From the human T2T-CHM13v2.0 reference genome, Homo sapiens: a stretch of 64,000 bases of DNA. Under the pieces are notes generated by a model. The model searched no databases and had not been told where the DNA came from. It saw only the letters and a program-made list of their open reading frames with translations. Numbering within the stretch: the stretch's first letter is position 1; every line of letters starts with the position of its first letter. The stretch is from assembly GCF_009914755.1 (NCBI RefSeq), contig NC_060936.1, one strand, 5' to 3'. Made by a program: the position numbers and the translations under genes. Shown here in pieces: positions 14,634-28,106 of this stretch.

Positions 14634-15029
14634 TGTCTTAGTCCATTTTGTGCTGCTATATAAGAATACCCAAGATTGGATAATTTATAAATAACAGAAA
14701 TTCATTTCCCACAGGTCTGAGATCTGGGAAATCTAAGGTCAAGGTACCGGCAGGTTTGGTGTCTGATGAGGCCTTTCTCTTCTTCCAAGATAGCACCTTG
14801 CACACTGCATCCTCTGTAGGGAGAGAATGCTGGATCCTCACAGAGCACAATGTAGAAGGACCGAGACAGCTCAATCCTGAAGGCCCTTTTATAAGGCATT
14901 AAACCCACCGGTGAGGGAAGAGCCATTATGCCCTAGTCTTATCAAACAGGCCCCATCTCCCAATACTGTTACACTGGCAATTAAATTTCAATATGAGTTT
15001 GGGAGGGGGCAAACATTCAAACCATAACA
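14634..15029 (-). mobile_element. MaLR solo LTR (MST family)
   Basis: tgtcttagtccattttgtgctgctata...aaacattcaaaccataaca, ~396 bp, TG...CA ends. Confidence 0.85.
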
Positions 15030-15091
15030 TACGCATTTACCACACTTTATTTATCCTTTCATCCATCAATGGACACTGGGTTGCTTTCATC

Positions 15092-15316
15092 TTTTTTTTT
15101 TTTTTGAGATGGAGTCTCGCTCCGTCACCCAGGCTAGAGTGCAGTGGCGTGATCACAGCTTACCGCAACCTCCGCCTCCCACATTCATGTGATTATCCTA
15201 CCTCAGCCTCCTGAGTAGCTGGGACTACAGGTGCACGCCACCACACCCCGCTAATTTTTGTATTTTTAGTAGAGACAGGGTTTCACCATGTTGGCCAGGA
15301 TGGTCTCAAACTCCTG
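15092..15316 (-). mobile_element. 5'-truncated AluS
   Basis: Poly-T, right arm and partial left arm. Confidence 0.88.
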
Positions 15317-15616
15317 CTTTCACCTTTAGATATTGTGAAAAATGCTGCTATGAGTATGAGTGTACAAATATATCTTTGAAATCTTGCTTTCAATTCTTTG
15401 GGTATATATCCAGAAGTAGAATAGCTGGAGAATATGATAATTCGATTAATAATTTTGTGAGGAATGGCCACACTGTTTCCCATAGAAAAATATGGCTTAT
15501 ATTTTGGATGTCTTTTTTGCATTTCATTTTCCTAGTCAATAATTTTTATTACTTTGTACAAAAGTATCAGTTTATAAATAATCAGAAATTTTAAAAAAGA
15601 ACAAAGACAATATTTT

Positions 15617-15689
15617 ACTACAGATAATTTGCAAAGTGGTTTCCTAGATTATCACTACAGATAATTCACAAAGTAGTTGCCTAGATTAT
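15617..15689. repeat. Two-copy 37-bp tandem duplication
   Basis: actacagataatttgcaaagtggtttcctagattat / actacagataattcacaaagtagttgcctagattat. Confidence 0.8.
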
Positions 15690-15902
15690 TCTCATTAACA
15701 TACAAACACAGCTGTTATTTCTCTCACTTTAAGAAAACAATAGCAACAACAAAACCTTTCTTAGATCTCACTGCCCTTACCAGCTACTGCTCTGCTTCTC
15801 CTTGAAAGAGTCGGCCATGTACATTCTTTAACTCCCTGTCTATTCTCTCATAACCCCGCCCCATGAGGAATATATCCTATTCCTCCATGAATCTGCTCAA
15901 AT

Positions 15903-16444
15903 TGTTAGAAATGCAAAATGCTTGTTCCTCGGTGCTGCAAAGAAATAGCACTCGAACATAAATTTAAGTTTCTCAGCAAGGCAATTTTTCCTTTCTGCAA
16001 AAAGGGTGCTCCTCACAGATGGAACAATGGCAAGAGCACACCTGGACAGGGCAGGGGCAGGAGTTCTTACTCCTGACACAGATAGACCCTACTGCTGTGT
16101 CATTCCCTACTGGCTAGGGTTGGACTGCATAGTCTAAGCTAATTCCGATTGGCTCTTTTAAAAAGAGCAGGAGTACAAGCCAGAGTGGCGGGGTGAGTAG
16201 TTTGGTGGGAAGGATGGGTAGGAACAGGTAACTAAAGATGACTTAGGTCAGAGCAGGTAACCAGGGGAACAGATATGAATTACTGATTAGGAATGGCAGG
16301 AAAGTTGTTTACTGAAACTAGAGACAAGGAGGCAAAAAGAACCAGGAAGTTAAACTTTAAAATGGAGAATCAAAGAATAAGAGAGCTGAACATACTGACA
16401 TACTGATTCTTTGAAGAGAAACCTGGGGTTCACTATATTTAACA
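15903..16444 (-). mobile_element. ERV1 solo LTR, LTR10 family (HERV-I related)
   Basis: Minus strand starts tgttaaat...tttctcttcaaagaatcagtatgtcagtatgttc, matching the LTR10 5' end as I recall it; TG...CA ends, CCAAT box. Confidence 0.8.
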
Positions 16445-16626
16445 ATGTGTAGGACACCAATAGCCAGTTCTTATTCTCTGTCTTCCTTGACTTATCAGCA
16501 ATGTGTGCACAATTAATCATGCTTCTTCTTTGACATAATTTTTTTCTCTTCATTTCCAGGGCTCTACACACTTGGTTTTCTTCCTTTCTTCAAAACTAAT
16601 TGTTCTCATTTTCTTCTGTTGTTTTT

Positions 16627-16848
16627 TCTTTTTCTTTGTGACAACTTAGTGTTGGAATGTTTCTCCAGGCTCACATCTAGTTTTTTTATTCTTTTCTGTT
16701 AACAGTCACTTCTAGTCCAGATCTCTCTCTTAAATTATCTTCTTCTCTGTGACAACTTAATGTTGGAATGTCTCTCCAGGCTCATATCTTGGTTTTTTAA
16801 TTCTTTACTATTAAGAGTTACTTCTAGTCCAGATCTCTCTCCTAAACT
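16627..16848. repeat. Two-copy ~111-bp tandem duplication inside L2
   Basis: tgtgacaactta.tgttggaatgt...cttctagtccagatctctctc.taaa starting at 16637 and 16748. Confidence 0.85.
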
Positions 16849-17321
16849 CCAGACTCATATATATGCCTGCTTACTTATGACTATTTACTAGAATGTCTAA
16901 TAAACATTTCAAGCATAGCATATCCAAAACTGAATTCCTGCCTTCCCAACTCAAAACCTGCTTTTACCAAGTTGATCTAAGTTGTTCAGCCAAAAGCCTA
17001 GTCATCATTTCTCTTCTTCCTCTTTGAACACTCCACATCTGATACATTAGCTAGAATAAATGTTCTAGTTCCTTTTAAAATATATCAAAAATTGACCTTT
17101 CATTATCTCACTACTACTACTCTGGTTTGAGCACTAGCATCCCTTACTTCTATCACTGAAATAGCTAAGTAGATGTCTGTTTCCACTCTTGTCCCCGACA
17201 GTTTAGCCTTAACACAGTTGCCAGAATGATCTCTTTTTAAACTAAGTCAAATCAGGTATGAATCCATTCAAATCTTTCATTATTTTACTTTGAGTAAATA
17301 TGCAGTTCTCACAATGGCCTG

Positions 17322-17759
17322 TGTGAACCCCAAAAATTTATGACAGGTCTCAGTTAATTTAGAAAGTTTATTTTGCCAAGGTTGAGGGCATGCCCATGAC
17401 ATAGCCTCAGGAAGTCCTGATGACATGTGCCAAAGGTGGTGGGGGCACAGCTTGTTTTTATACATTTTAGGGAGACATGAGACATCAGTCAATACATAAG
17501 AAGTACATTAGTTCTCTCCAGAAAGGTGGAGACAGCTCAAAGCAAGCCCCTCCCCACCCCCCAATGGGGACTTCTAGGTCACAGGTAGGTGACAGACAGA
17601 TGGTTGCATTCTTTTGAGTTTCTGATAAGTATTTCCAAAGGAGGCAATCAGAATATCCATCTATCTCTGTGAGCAAAGTGATGACTTGAATAGACTAGGA
17701 AGCAGGTTTGTCCTGAGACGTTCCCAGCTTGAAGGGTCCCAAGATATTTTTCTTTCACA
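17322..17759 (-). mobile_element. MER4-family ERV1 solo LTR
   Basis: Minus strand starts tgtgaaagaaaaatatcttgggaccc; 4-bp TSD cctg at 17318-17321 and 17760-17763. Confidence 0.85.
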
Positions 17760-18172
17760 CCTGCAATGCCCTACGAAATCTTCCTTCAGTTACTTCTTAT
17801 AAGTCTCTTTCTCTCTTCACTTCACTCCAGCTAAAATGTCCTCCTTGCTCTTCTTTGAATACTCCAGGCATACTCCAGACTTAGGAGCTCAGCTGTTCCC
17901 TTTGTTGGAAACTCATTTACCCCAGATATCCTCATAGCTAACCCTCTCATCTCCTTTAAGGCAGCTAATTTGGTAACTTCATATAATGTCTGTCCTGACC
18001 ATCATATTTTAAATTGCAATCTGCCCTCTCCTACTATAAAACTTCTAATCAGCTTCCTGCTCTATTTTTCTGGTGTGTGGCACCAATCAGTTTGATGGTA
18101 CTATTATATTAATTATTTGTAATATTCTAGTCTCCCTCTAGAACTTGAGCTACATAAGGGCAGAGATCTTGT

Positions 18173-18952
<780 letters not shown>

Positions 18953-20339
18953 TTGTCTGTTTTGTTAACTCATGTATCCTACAGCAACAGAAGAAAATGA
19001 GAAATAGTGTACCTAAAATAGTGCCTGACATAATAGGCCCTTGTTAAATCTTTGCTGATTGAATGAAACCTACAGCCAAGCTTATAGCAGTAAAAATGCT
19101 TTGTGCTCTCCATTAGAAAAAGTCATTCAATATAAGAAAGCCATATTAGAAGTGAAAAAAAAATCATAATGTACTATGTGCGTGTGCATTTTGTTAGCAT
19201 CTTGCACAAAAAATTTAAGTAATCCTTACTCTTTTTAAAAAATAATTTGATAGACTAGAGCATGAAAAAGTTATAACGTTATACTATTCACCATGTAGTA
19301 AAATTAACTCATTATCAGAAGGGTTCACCATGGCTTCACACAAATTGATTTACTACCAAAAGTGTTCAGCACACACACTCATTAGATAGTCACAAGATAA
19401 ACAGAATAAAGAAGAATGTTAAGGCAAAATTATAGAATATTTGTTTCAAATGTCCCTTCAATAAAAGGTTTATTTAATACTGAATACAGCTAAATATATA
19501 GGGGTTCACTGTGTTTTATTAATTTTAAAAAGATAATTTATACCTATTATAATCCACATGATGCTACCCCAAATACCACCTTTGCTTTCAATCTGCATTG
19601 GCTCTAAAGTAAATCTTAGCATCTCATCACATTTACCTTGAATCTCAATAAATCCATGCCTATCCTACCATCTCATTGGGAAAATATTCAAATGGCTAAT
19701 AAGCATATGAAAAAATGCATAAGATTGATAATAATCATGGAAATACAAGTTAAAACCACAATGAGATTCCATTTTATACCTAGTAGAATGGCCAAATTTT
19801 TTTTAAAGACTAACAGTATCAAAAGTCGGCAAGAAATACAGAGTAATTGGAACTTTACTCCATTGCTGGGGGGAGTCTAAAATGGTGCACATACTTCAGA
19901 AAACTGTTTGGCACTGTCTTATGATGTTAAACATACACTCACCCTATAATCCAGCAATTCTACACCAAGAGAAACACAAACGTATGTCTACAAGAAGACT
20001 TGTACAGGGATGTTCATGGCAGCTTTATTCATAATAACCAAACACAAGAAATGATTCAAATATCTATTGACAGGAGAATTGATAAATTATAGTACATCTG
20101 TATAGCTGAATTATACTGTGGTATAAAGGAATGAACTGCTAATGCACACAATAATATGGATGAAGCTTAAAAATATTATGTTGAACAAAAGACGCCTGTC
20201 CCATTCCACTCCTTCAAAAAAGATGACGCTGTATAGTTCTACTTACAAGAACAAGAAAAAAACGAATCTCTGGAAATAAAAATCAGAATAGGAGTTTTCT
20301 CTGGAAGGAAGGAGAGTTGCCTAGATAAGAGGCACAACT

Positions 20340-20343
<4 letters not shown>

Positions 20344-20381
<38 letters not shown>
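20344..20381. repeat. (TA)n microsatellite, ~19 units, at an Alu tail
   Basis: Directly visible. Confidence 0.95.
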
Positions 20382-20711
<330 letters not shown>

Positions 20712-22296
20712 TGATAGAAATGTTCTCATTTTTATTGGGATGTTGGCTGTATGTGCATCCACATTTGTTAAAATCCATCAAATTGTATACCTAAGATCTA
20801 TGCATTATACTCATATATACCTTAATTTCAAAAAATCATGTTTATGCCCTAACTGGATTTAGAATATTAATAAATTAGCTATAAATAGTATATCTCTTAA
20901 TATTTGTAAATATATCAATCACACTTTTGCCACGAGCAATCAATCCTGAAGGTTCATGGCATACAGTAACTTGAAAAGTTGCTAAGGAACAGAGGAAGGT
21001 GCCAGTCCCGGATTTTAATCAGGTGAACATCTTGGAGCCCATCTTCAAATGTGCCAATATCAGCAGCCCAGCATTCATACTTCAAAAAGATTTTTTTTCC
21101 TCTGCTGAGCCTCAGGTAGTCACTCTCACAAATACCACCTCTTACTCAAAAAGCTATTTACTAATACTAGTCACAGGAACCGAGAAAAAAATAAAGTCCT
21201 TTAAATAACTCTTATCCACCAAACAGAAACATTATATAAAGATTGAATTTTAAAATTCAAAGCCAGCTGAACTGAAAAAGCCCACTAGAACTTTCGTCCT
21301 AAAATTACAAAAAGGTTATTAGTGTGTTAGATGATTTCAATGAGTACTTCAGCTGCTACAAAACTTGAAGTTCCAAATAATATATTAGTAACCAATTAAT
21401 TTGTGATGTGAGCAATATTCACAGGAAACACACACCTTTTGATGCAAGTGATTCAAGAGAAAAGCAATAGCTATTATAAATATTTCAAGGAAGCAAGAAG
21501 TGGTAAAGGCAAAGTTCAGCTACTGAACTGACCTTATTTTTAAGCAGTTTATCTTTTTTGGCTAATGTGAAGGTAACAAAGAGGCACAATTAGCCAATCC
21601 ATTGCCAAGGAAGTGTTCCTTTTACACTGAGGGAGCTCAGAGATGCTGACAGACTAAACACTTAATGTAGTCAACACTGGCCACTGAGGCCATCCTGGAG
21701 CACAAAGTACACTCTGACTTCATCCTCTCACAAGACACTTTTCATTATCATGGTGAGCGTTATTCAACATCATGTTGACAGCTTTAGATAAGTTCATGAC
21801 TGTTGGAATAATAAAGACCTAGCATGGTAGGTGGTTGATTTTAGCGGTATAATGTATCTTGATACACTTAGAAACAATAAAGGTCTAAAGAAGCCACTTA
21901 AAACTTTCAATTGTATTAACGGAATTTTAAGGGAGAAAACGTATGAAATGAAAACATCCCTGAATTTGGAGAATTTGCCAAAATATTAGGACTGTTATAT
22001 CTGTCCTCAATTTTAATAATAATGTTATAATATACATAGATAACTATATATCCATGTAATTATTTATATGCTAACTATACAAAACTTTAATATTCATCTG
22101 CCATAGCTTAGAAATAGGGTAAAATTAAAGATTTAATTCATTGACAATGTACTATATCAAACAAACATGGCAATAACATTAATTCGACTAGCTGAAGAAA
22201 AGTTGACAGCAAATAACAAACAGAGTGCTAAAATGCAGAGCAATCACATCCTTGGATAATATCTTCATACAAGACTCACCCTTCAAGAAAACCTAC

Positions 22297-22404
22297 CATT
22301 CCAGGACCGCAGTCTGTTCCATCTGCTGGTGGCACGTGTTGAGTGAAACAGCCTTTGTGAAGCTTTTCTGTGCTTGTGCACCACAGATGCATGCATATAT
22401 TCTC
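22297..22404 (-). CDS. ADAMTS20: ADAMTS20 exon (probably 11), disintegrin-like domain; acceptor at 22404 or 22401 (NAGNAG)
   Basis: 108 or 105 nt; (E)NICMHLWCTSTEKLHKGCFTQHVPPADGTDCGPGM; ATG|gtaggt donor; phase 0/0. Confidence 0.93.
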
Positions 22405-23992
22405 CTGAGTAACAAAAGGCAGGCAAGCCAGTGTAAAGATAACACCACAACACTGGTTCAATTCAGTATTACACATTGATTTATAAATTGATCTGTTACC
22501 TAGTTCCATGGTATAAGCTGAAACTAATCAGCAAATTTTTTTACTAAGTTCTAGTCATTAATTTTCTTCTAAATACATAAAATTGTGACATTTTCTTTAA
22601 AACTTTTTAAAAAAATTTTATTCATACATTGAATAGGAGTTATGAATTGGAGTGGAAATTTTCAAAATTATTTGAGATAGTTTTCTCTCTTTACAAGATA
22701 TCTTTCTAAAGAACTTTTTATTGTTAAATATTATTCATAAGAATTTGCCAAAAGCCGCTTTTGATACAATAGTGGAATGTATGAATAATCTGCATTGAAA
22801 TAATGTATAATGTATACTGAAGTTTCCTATTTTGTGAATATAATGCATACTTTCAACTTTTGAACAAAGGGCTCTGAAGGTTTCGAAAGAAACAAAAGTC
22901 CACAGAGAGTCATACGAGCTATACCCAATATAATTCCTTTCTTTTTCTGAATTTAAATTCAAAGTTTATTTAGTGTCTAAATCAGATTGGAAAGAAATGT
23001 ATCTTTTACAATGATATTTTAAGGTAAATCTTCCCCATTTCACAGTAAATGTTTAAAGGCTTATTGAAATTTAAGGTTTTAGGAAGAATAGTCGCTATAT
23101 GAAATAAGTTTTGCCTGTCCTACATTCTCTAATTAATTAATTCTTTCAACATTCAATAAGCATTTATTTTGTGGCATGTACTGTGCAACAAATCCTAAAC
23201 TGGACCCTAGGAATAGATATAGATATTTATTTTAATGACTGAATAAGTCTACATTCCGGAATTGGTCCAATGATCCTCACAACCTAGTAGGGAGGGAAGC
23301 AATTAGGCAAAAATATATAGGGAATAAGGAAAACTGAATGAGTACTCTACATGGAAAAGTAAAGCATGGATTCACCAAAGCAGTGACATTTATTCTAAAC
23401 TAAATCCTAAATTTACCCCCATATAAAAGAAAATCATAATTATAGATCTAATAAAAGTGTTAGGATCAACTATTTCAATGACAAAGGTATCTCATCTATG
23501 AAAAATCCTCAAAATATTATAAAATAATAGCTCAATGAAAAACTAAACAATATGCCCCAAATTTAATTCTTTTGAATTCAAATATATGTAAAGGAAAATG
23601 TACTCTATTAGTTAGATTCCTGGTGCCTTTAAAACAATTCAGATTCAACACACCTATATTTTCTCCTTAACCTCAAAATAATATCATTTGAAAATAAATA
23701 TTTCAATGATTTTATTTTCAAATTATATAACTTCCCTATTTTCTAAATGAGAATACTTCATAGGAATTTGAGAGTTAACAAAGATAATTTTTAAGTACCC
23801 AAAACAGTACCTGACACATAATAAGTAGTCAATAAGTTTTAATTTTCCTTTTCTTAACCTCTTTTTGATAAATACTAAATTATCAGACTTAAAAGCTATA
23901 TTTAGTTCAAGAGAATAAACACATTTTGAAATATATTCTAAGATAACTTTATGGCAGTTTTCGAACAAAATAAAGGAATTTTCTTTTCTTAC

Positions 23993-24134
23993 TATATGGG
24001 GACACATTTGTGACCCAGGACCAAACGCAAGCTCACACTGCTTGTTTCCATCATATCGTGATCCAGGAAGTTCTGAAGGCAGATTATATATTTCTTCATC
24101 TGGTTTGTCAAGAAGACATTCCCCGTAACCAGTA
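23993..24134 (-). CDS. ADAMTS20: ADAMTS20 exon (probably 10), end of catalytic domain and start of disintegrin-like domain
   Basis: 142 nt; [47 protein letters not shown]; ATA|gtaaga donor; phase 2/0. Confidence 0.96.
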
Positions 24135-24639
24135 CTGTAACAGTGACAGAAAATAAAATATTGTGAATACACATGGATGCATTCCAGTATGATTCTTTAT
24201 CACATTTTTTGTAGTTCTTTACTTTCAAAGAGAATATCAGTATTTATTCATAACTTTAAAAACCAACTCACATCAATATCAGTATAGCAATGTTCGTACA
24301 CATGAGGATGACCTCACAGTTTACAAAGGATCTTTAATATGCATGTTTGCACTTAATCCCCACAACCATCTTGAAGGTGGCAATTTTAAAAAATGATAAG
24401 CAATAAACACAAATTCATCAGAACATTATTTATGAAACATACATCCATATCACACTTTTGGTCTACTTTGCTATCCAATAGTAATGCCTCAAGTGTAATG
24501 ACTAACTGTTAAAATGTTGGAAAAATAAGTTTTAAAATCACTTGAGAAAGTATATTTCTAGTCCTAAACAACAACAACAACAACAAAGAAGCTTCAAAAA
24601 GTTTTATGCTGTCTCCACCTCAAGAGGTCTTTCAAGGTG

Positions 24640-24900
24640 GGAGTATAGCAGAGTCAAGATCACTGGCTTTGGGAGCTTACATTTTGGTTCCCATCAATTC
24701 CTAAGATGCATGGCCATGGAAAAATTTTTTAATCTCCCTCTCTCCCTGAACCACAGTCTCCTCATCTGTAAATTGAGAGTGGTAATATCTTTTAACATGC
24801 TATCAGAATACATGATATGTTTGAATGACTTAGGAAAAACATGAGAAATATACATATTACTCCTAATTTACCATGCAATGTCCGGTATGCAGAAAGCTCT
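24640..24900 (+). mobile_element. MIR
   Basis: Core cagtctcctcatctgtaaattgagagtggtaata. Confidence 0.6.
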
Positions 24901-26053
24901 GTGGAAATATACAGCTATTCCAATTGGGCTAAGAGCAACAATTTGTCCCACTGCAATAATTAAAATAAATCTTTTTTGAAAAATTTTACTGGCTAAAAGG
25001 AAAAATATAAATTTTCCAATTAAATGAACATGTAAGCTTAAAAATTTCCTTTGAAGAAAATCAAAATATTACTCCCTTCTAAAAAGAAAAGTGCACCATT
25101 GGTATTTTTACATGTCACATCAGTATTTTTAACCATTGAACAAAGCTATATACAATTCTGTACAGATCAGCAAGTATTAAGTTGTGCTTTTAAGTCAAGC
25201 TCCTATAGAAGTATGTACTATCACTGTTGGTTATAATTTGAGGATATATTTATAAATATATGTTCCAAAGCATGATTTTATTTTTCCCCATAGGTTTCAT
25301 AAAGAGGGAATTAGAAAATAACTGATGATAATTGATGATTTAGAATACATCCATAGAAGAAGTGAAGTAGTGTTACATTTATACAAAAAGATTATTGGGA
25401 AGGAGCTCAGGCTTGCCTTTTGGAAAAGTTTCAGTGACTGAGAAAGAAACACCATTTGGATAAAAGAAATTGGGAAGCAGAGAAACCTGAAGGAAGGTGG
25501 AGAAATGAGGCAAGAAAAACCTGGATCTACTACCTCTCTGCAGAGCTAGAAAGAGCTCCTGAAAGAATATGTAAAGTTAGAGACTTGGCATCTCTGTGGC
25601 TTTAGAGAACTAACAGAATAATTCGTAGTTTGACTTTAGCTATTCTCTGTCCTTCAGGGGCACCTCAAACTTGAGCCACTCAAATTTCTCTCAAAATATT
25701 ACCTAGTCACTTCGAAAAAATTCAAAAACACATAAGGAAACTGGAATTCCCATTAAGTCTCCCATCAAACATAGTTTTCATCACAAGAAAGAATCCAGAA
25801 TAAAAAAATAATAGCTAGGTCTAAACTACAATAAAAATATTTATTTTAAAGAGTGAAATTATATACATGTATATATATATATATGTACACATGCACACAA
25901 CTCTTCTTGTTCTTAAACATCCATTTGTACAGTGAAAGTAAACATAAATTTAAACAAGAAAAAGCTAAACAGAAATTGAACCACCTTTAAAAATATCAAT
26001 TTCAAATCTTATAATCGAATACATGTTCAATTATTTAACATAAATTTACTTAC

Positions 26054-26197
26054 TCTAGGAATTCAGTAACATATTTCCGACTACAGTTTGACCAGCTCCA
26101 AGGACTCATGTGAAAACTTAAAGCGGGGGCCATTACATGATACTTTGTAACTTTCATTTCTTTACATCTAGGATTATCATCATGTTGAACACCAAGT
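26054..26197 (-). CDS. ADAMTS20: ADAMTS20 exon (probably 9), third zinc His and Met-turn
   Basis: 144 nt; LGVQHDDNPRCKEMKVTKYHVMAPALSFHMSPWSWSNCSRKYVTEFL(D); phase 2/2. Confidence 0.96.
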
Positions 26198-28000
26198 CTA
26201 AAAATAAAAATAAACACTTAAAAGGAATATCAAAAGATGCTTACGATATTAGTAATAGATCCTTTATAGTCACATTATAATACAATATAAAATATAGATA
26301 AATCTGGTTATATCATAATTTGAACTCCATCTATCCATAAGGCCTTAACAGTGTTCATGTTTAGAAGTACCTGATGACTGAGAAATATTATAGGCTGGTG
26401 ATCTGGCATCTAATCTACACAATCAAAATATTTGGACTCTGTTGCACCTCATCACAATATGGACCACAGCATTGACATAAAAGTGCCTGCAGGTTCAACA
26501 TGGATATCCCATGTTGTGGATAGAGAAGTGTGTGGATAGAGATTAGGTAAAGGTAATACCACACTAAATTCTAGACCATTGACTATGGCTACAATATCAC
26601 AAGAACTTCGTGAATCCCCAATTCTCACCATTCTACAGTATCCATCTATTTTATATGAAAGACCCTAAATACTATTTTAGGTCCATACTTCCTAAGTGAT
26701 GCCCAACAGAACTAGAATAATAAAAACATTCCTAAAGGGCAGTCACATCTTCATGACTTAATTATTAAGTAATTAGCAGGTTGGCAGCAGATCCTATACA
26801 ATTTGGGGGGAACTCAAGTATAAGCTCAAGTTTAGAAGGAACACTGAAACCACTTAATTCAGATCCTTGCCTGCTAAAATTTGTATTTAAACAATCTTTT
26901 AAATTAAACAACTTACCCATATACTAGAGACACCTAAAGAGTTTCTCAGGAAGAAAACAAATATCTAAGATAGTACTCTCTGCAAAAATCGTCTTCTACT
27001 GGTTAGTAGCCTTGAAAACCAGCACATAGTGCCACCCAGATGTTGCCGCAATACTTCTACTGTCCTCAGATATTCTGTTCTTCCTATCCCCCGACTTCAT
27101 AAACTACTTACAAAATAAAGTGTGTAGCTTGTTGATGATTATGAGATATAACCATGCAAAAAGGGAACTGAAGAGATGATCGTTTACTAAAAATTATCTC
27201 CATTTGAAATTATTATTCCCCTTGAATGTTCTAATGATTTCTCAAGGCATGACTAGGAAATTAAATGTGGTCAAACTAACAGAGGCAACTCTAGACTCAG
27301 GTCCTTATTAGCAGATAACAAAGAAACACCAGGAGTTCTGAGGGGTACATTTAGAATCTTTTTTCAGAGGATACATTTGTAGGGGTTTCTGATTTTCCAT
27401 GGGAGCTCCAAGGGTATCATGAGAAATCACGGCCTCTATTCTTACAACACAGAACCCCAGCATATTTTTCAGTAATACAGGAAAAGGTAAGAGAATCCCA
27501 AATTTTTATGAGCAACTATGGAAAAAGTGAATACTTTAAAAAAAATCTTTTAGTAACTAAGAAATTCCCATGGGCAATATCCTCTGTTGGGGCACATTAC
27601 TGAGAGCAAGAAATGAGTTGGTATTACAAATATTTGGGGGAGTCCCCCAGAACCAGGAGCCCATGCAGGCCCTCCCATAAAATGGTAGAGGACAGTACCT
27701 GGTCATATATAGGATAACAAGAGACAGAGGCCAGAAGTGCTTGTCATGTATCCAATACAGTAAAGGAAATAAAAGAACTCCCAAGTTCTAGTTCTTTGCT
27801 TAGTCTGTTGATCTGTGCAGCCTGTCTGACCTAACATAGATCACAAAAGAGCCAGAGTTAGCATTTCAGGGAAGAAAATTACACTAATAACATTTTATGA
27901 AGAAACAAAGGTACTAATTACTCAACTGAAGATAGAATTTCAGGCATTCTGTGCAAAGATAAATAGAATGCACATTAAGGAGGTGACAGAAGGTACTTAC

Positions 28001-28106
28001 GTGTGCCCAAGCTCATGGGCTATAGTAAAAGCAGAAATGAGTCCTTTTTCTTCATTAATAAAGCAGCTTTGTAAAGGATCACATATGGTACCTAAATATG
28101 ATAAAC
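28001..28106 (-). CDS. ADAMTS20: ADAMTS20 exon (probably 8), first part of the zinc-binding motif
   Basis: 106 nt; (G)[34 protein letters not shown](T); ttttcag acceptor, AC|gtaagt donor; phase 1/2. Confidence 0.96.

Larger units (their letters stand above)
14260..15485 (-). mobile_element. L1MB-like 3' fragment interrupted by an MST LTR and an Alu
   Basis: L1M 3'UTR reverse complement at 14260-14633, 15030-15090 and 15317-15485. Confidence 0.75.

Noticed and set aside
17386-17406. p53 response element GGGCATGCCC in MER4
   Set aside because: Only one perfect half-site; the neighbouring decamer lacks the CWWG core
23723-24172. Long ORFs extending beyond exons (also 61442-61915, 5951-6253, 52469-52744)
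   Set aside because: Only the splice-bounded parts are ADAMTS-like; the extensions are chance intronic read-through
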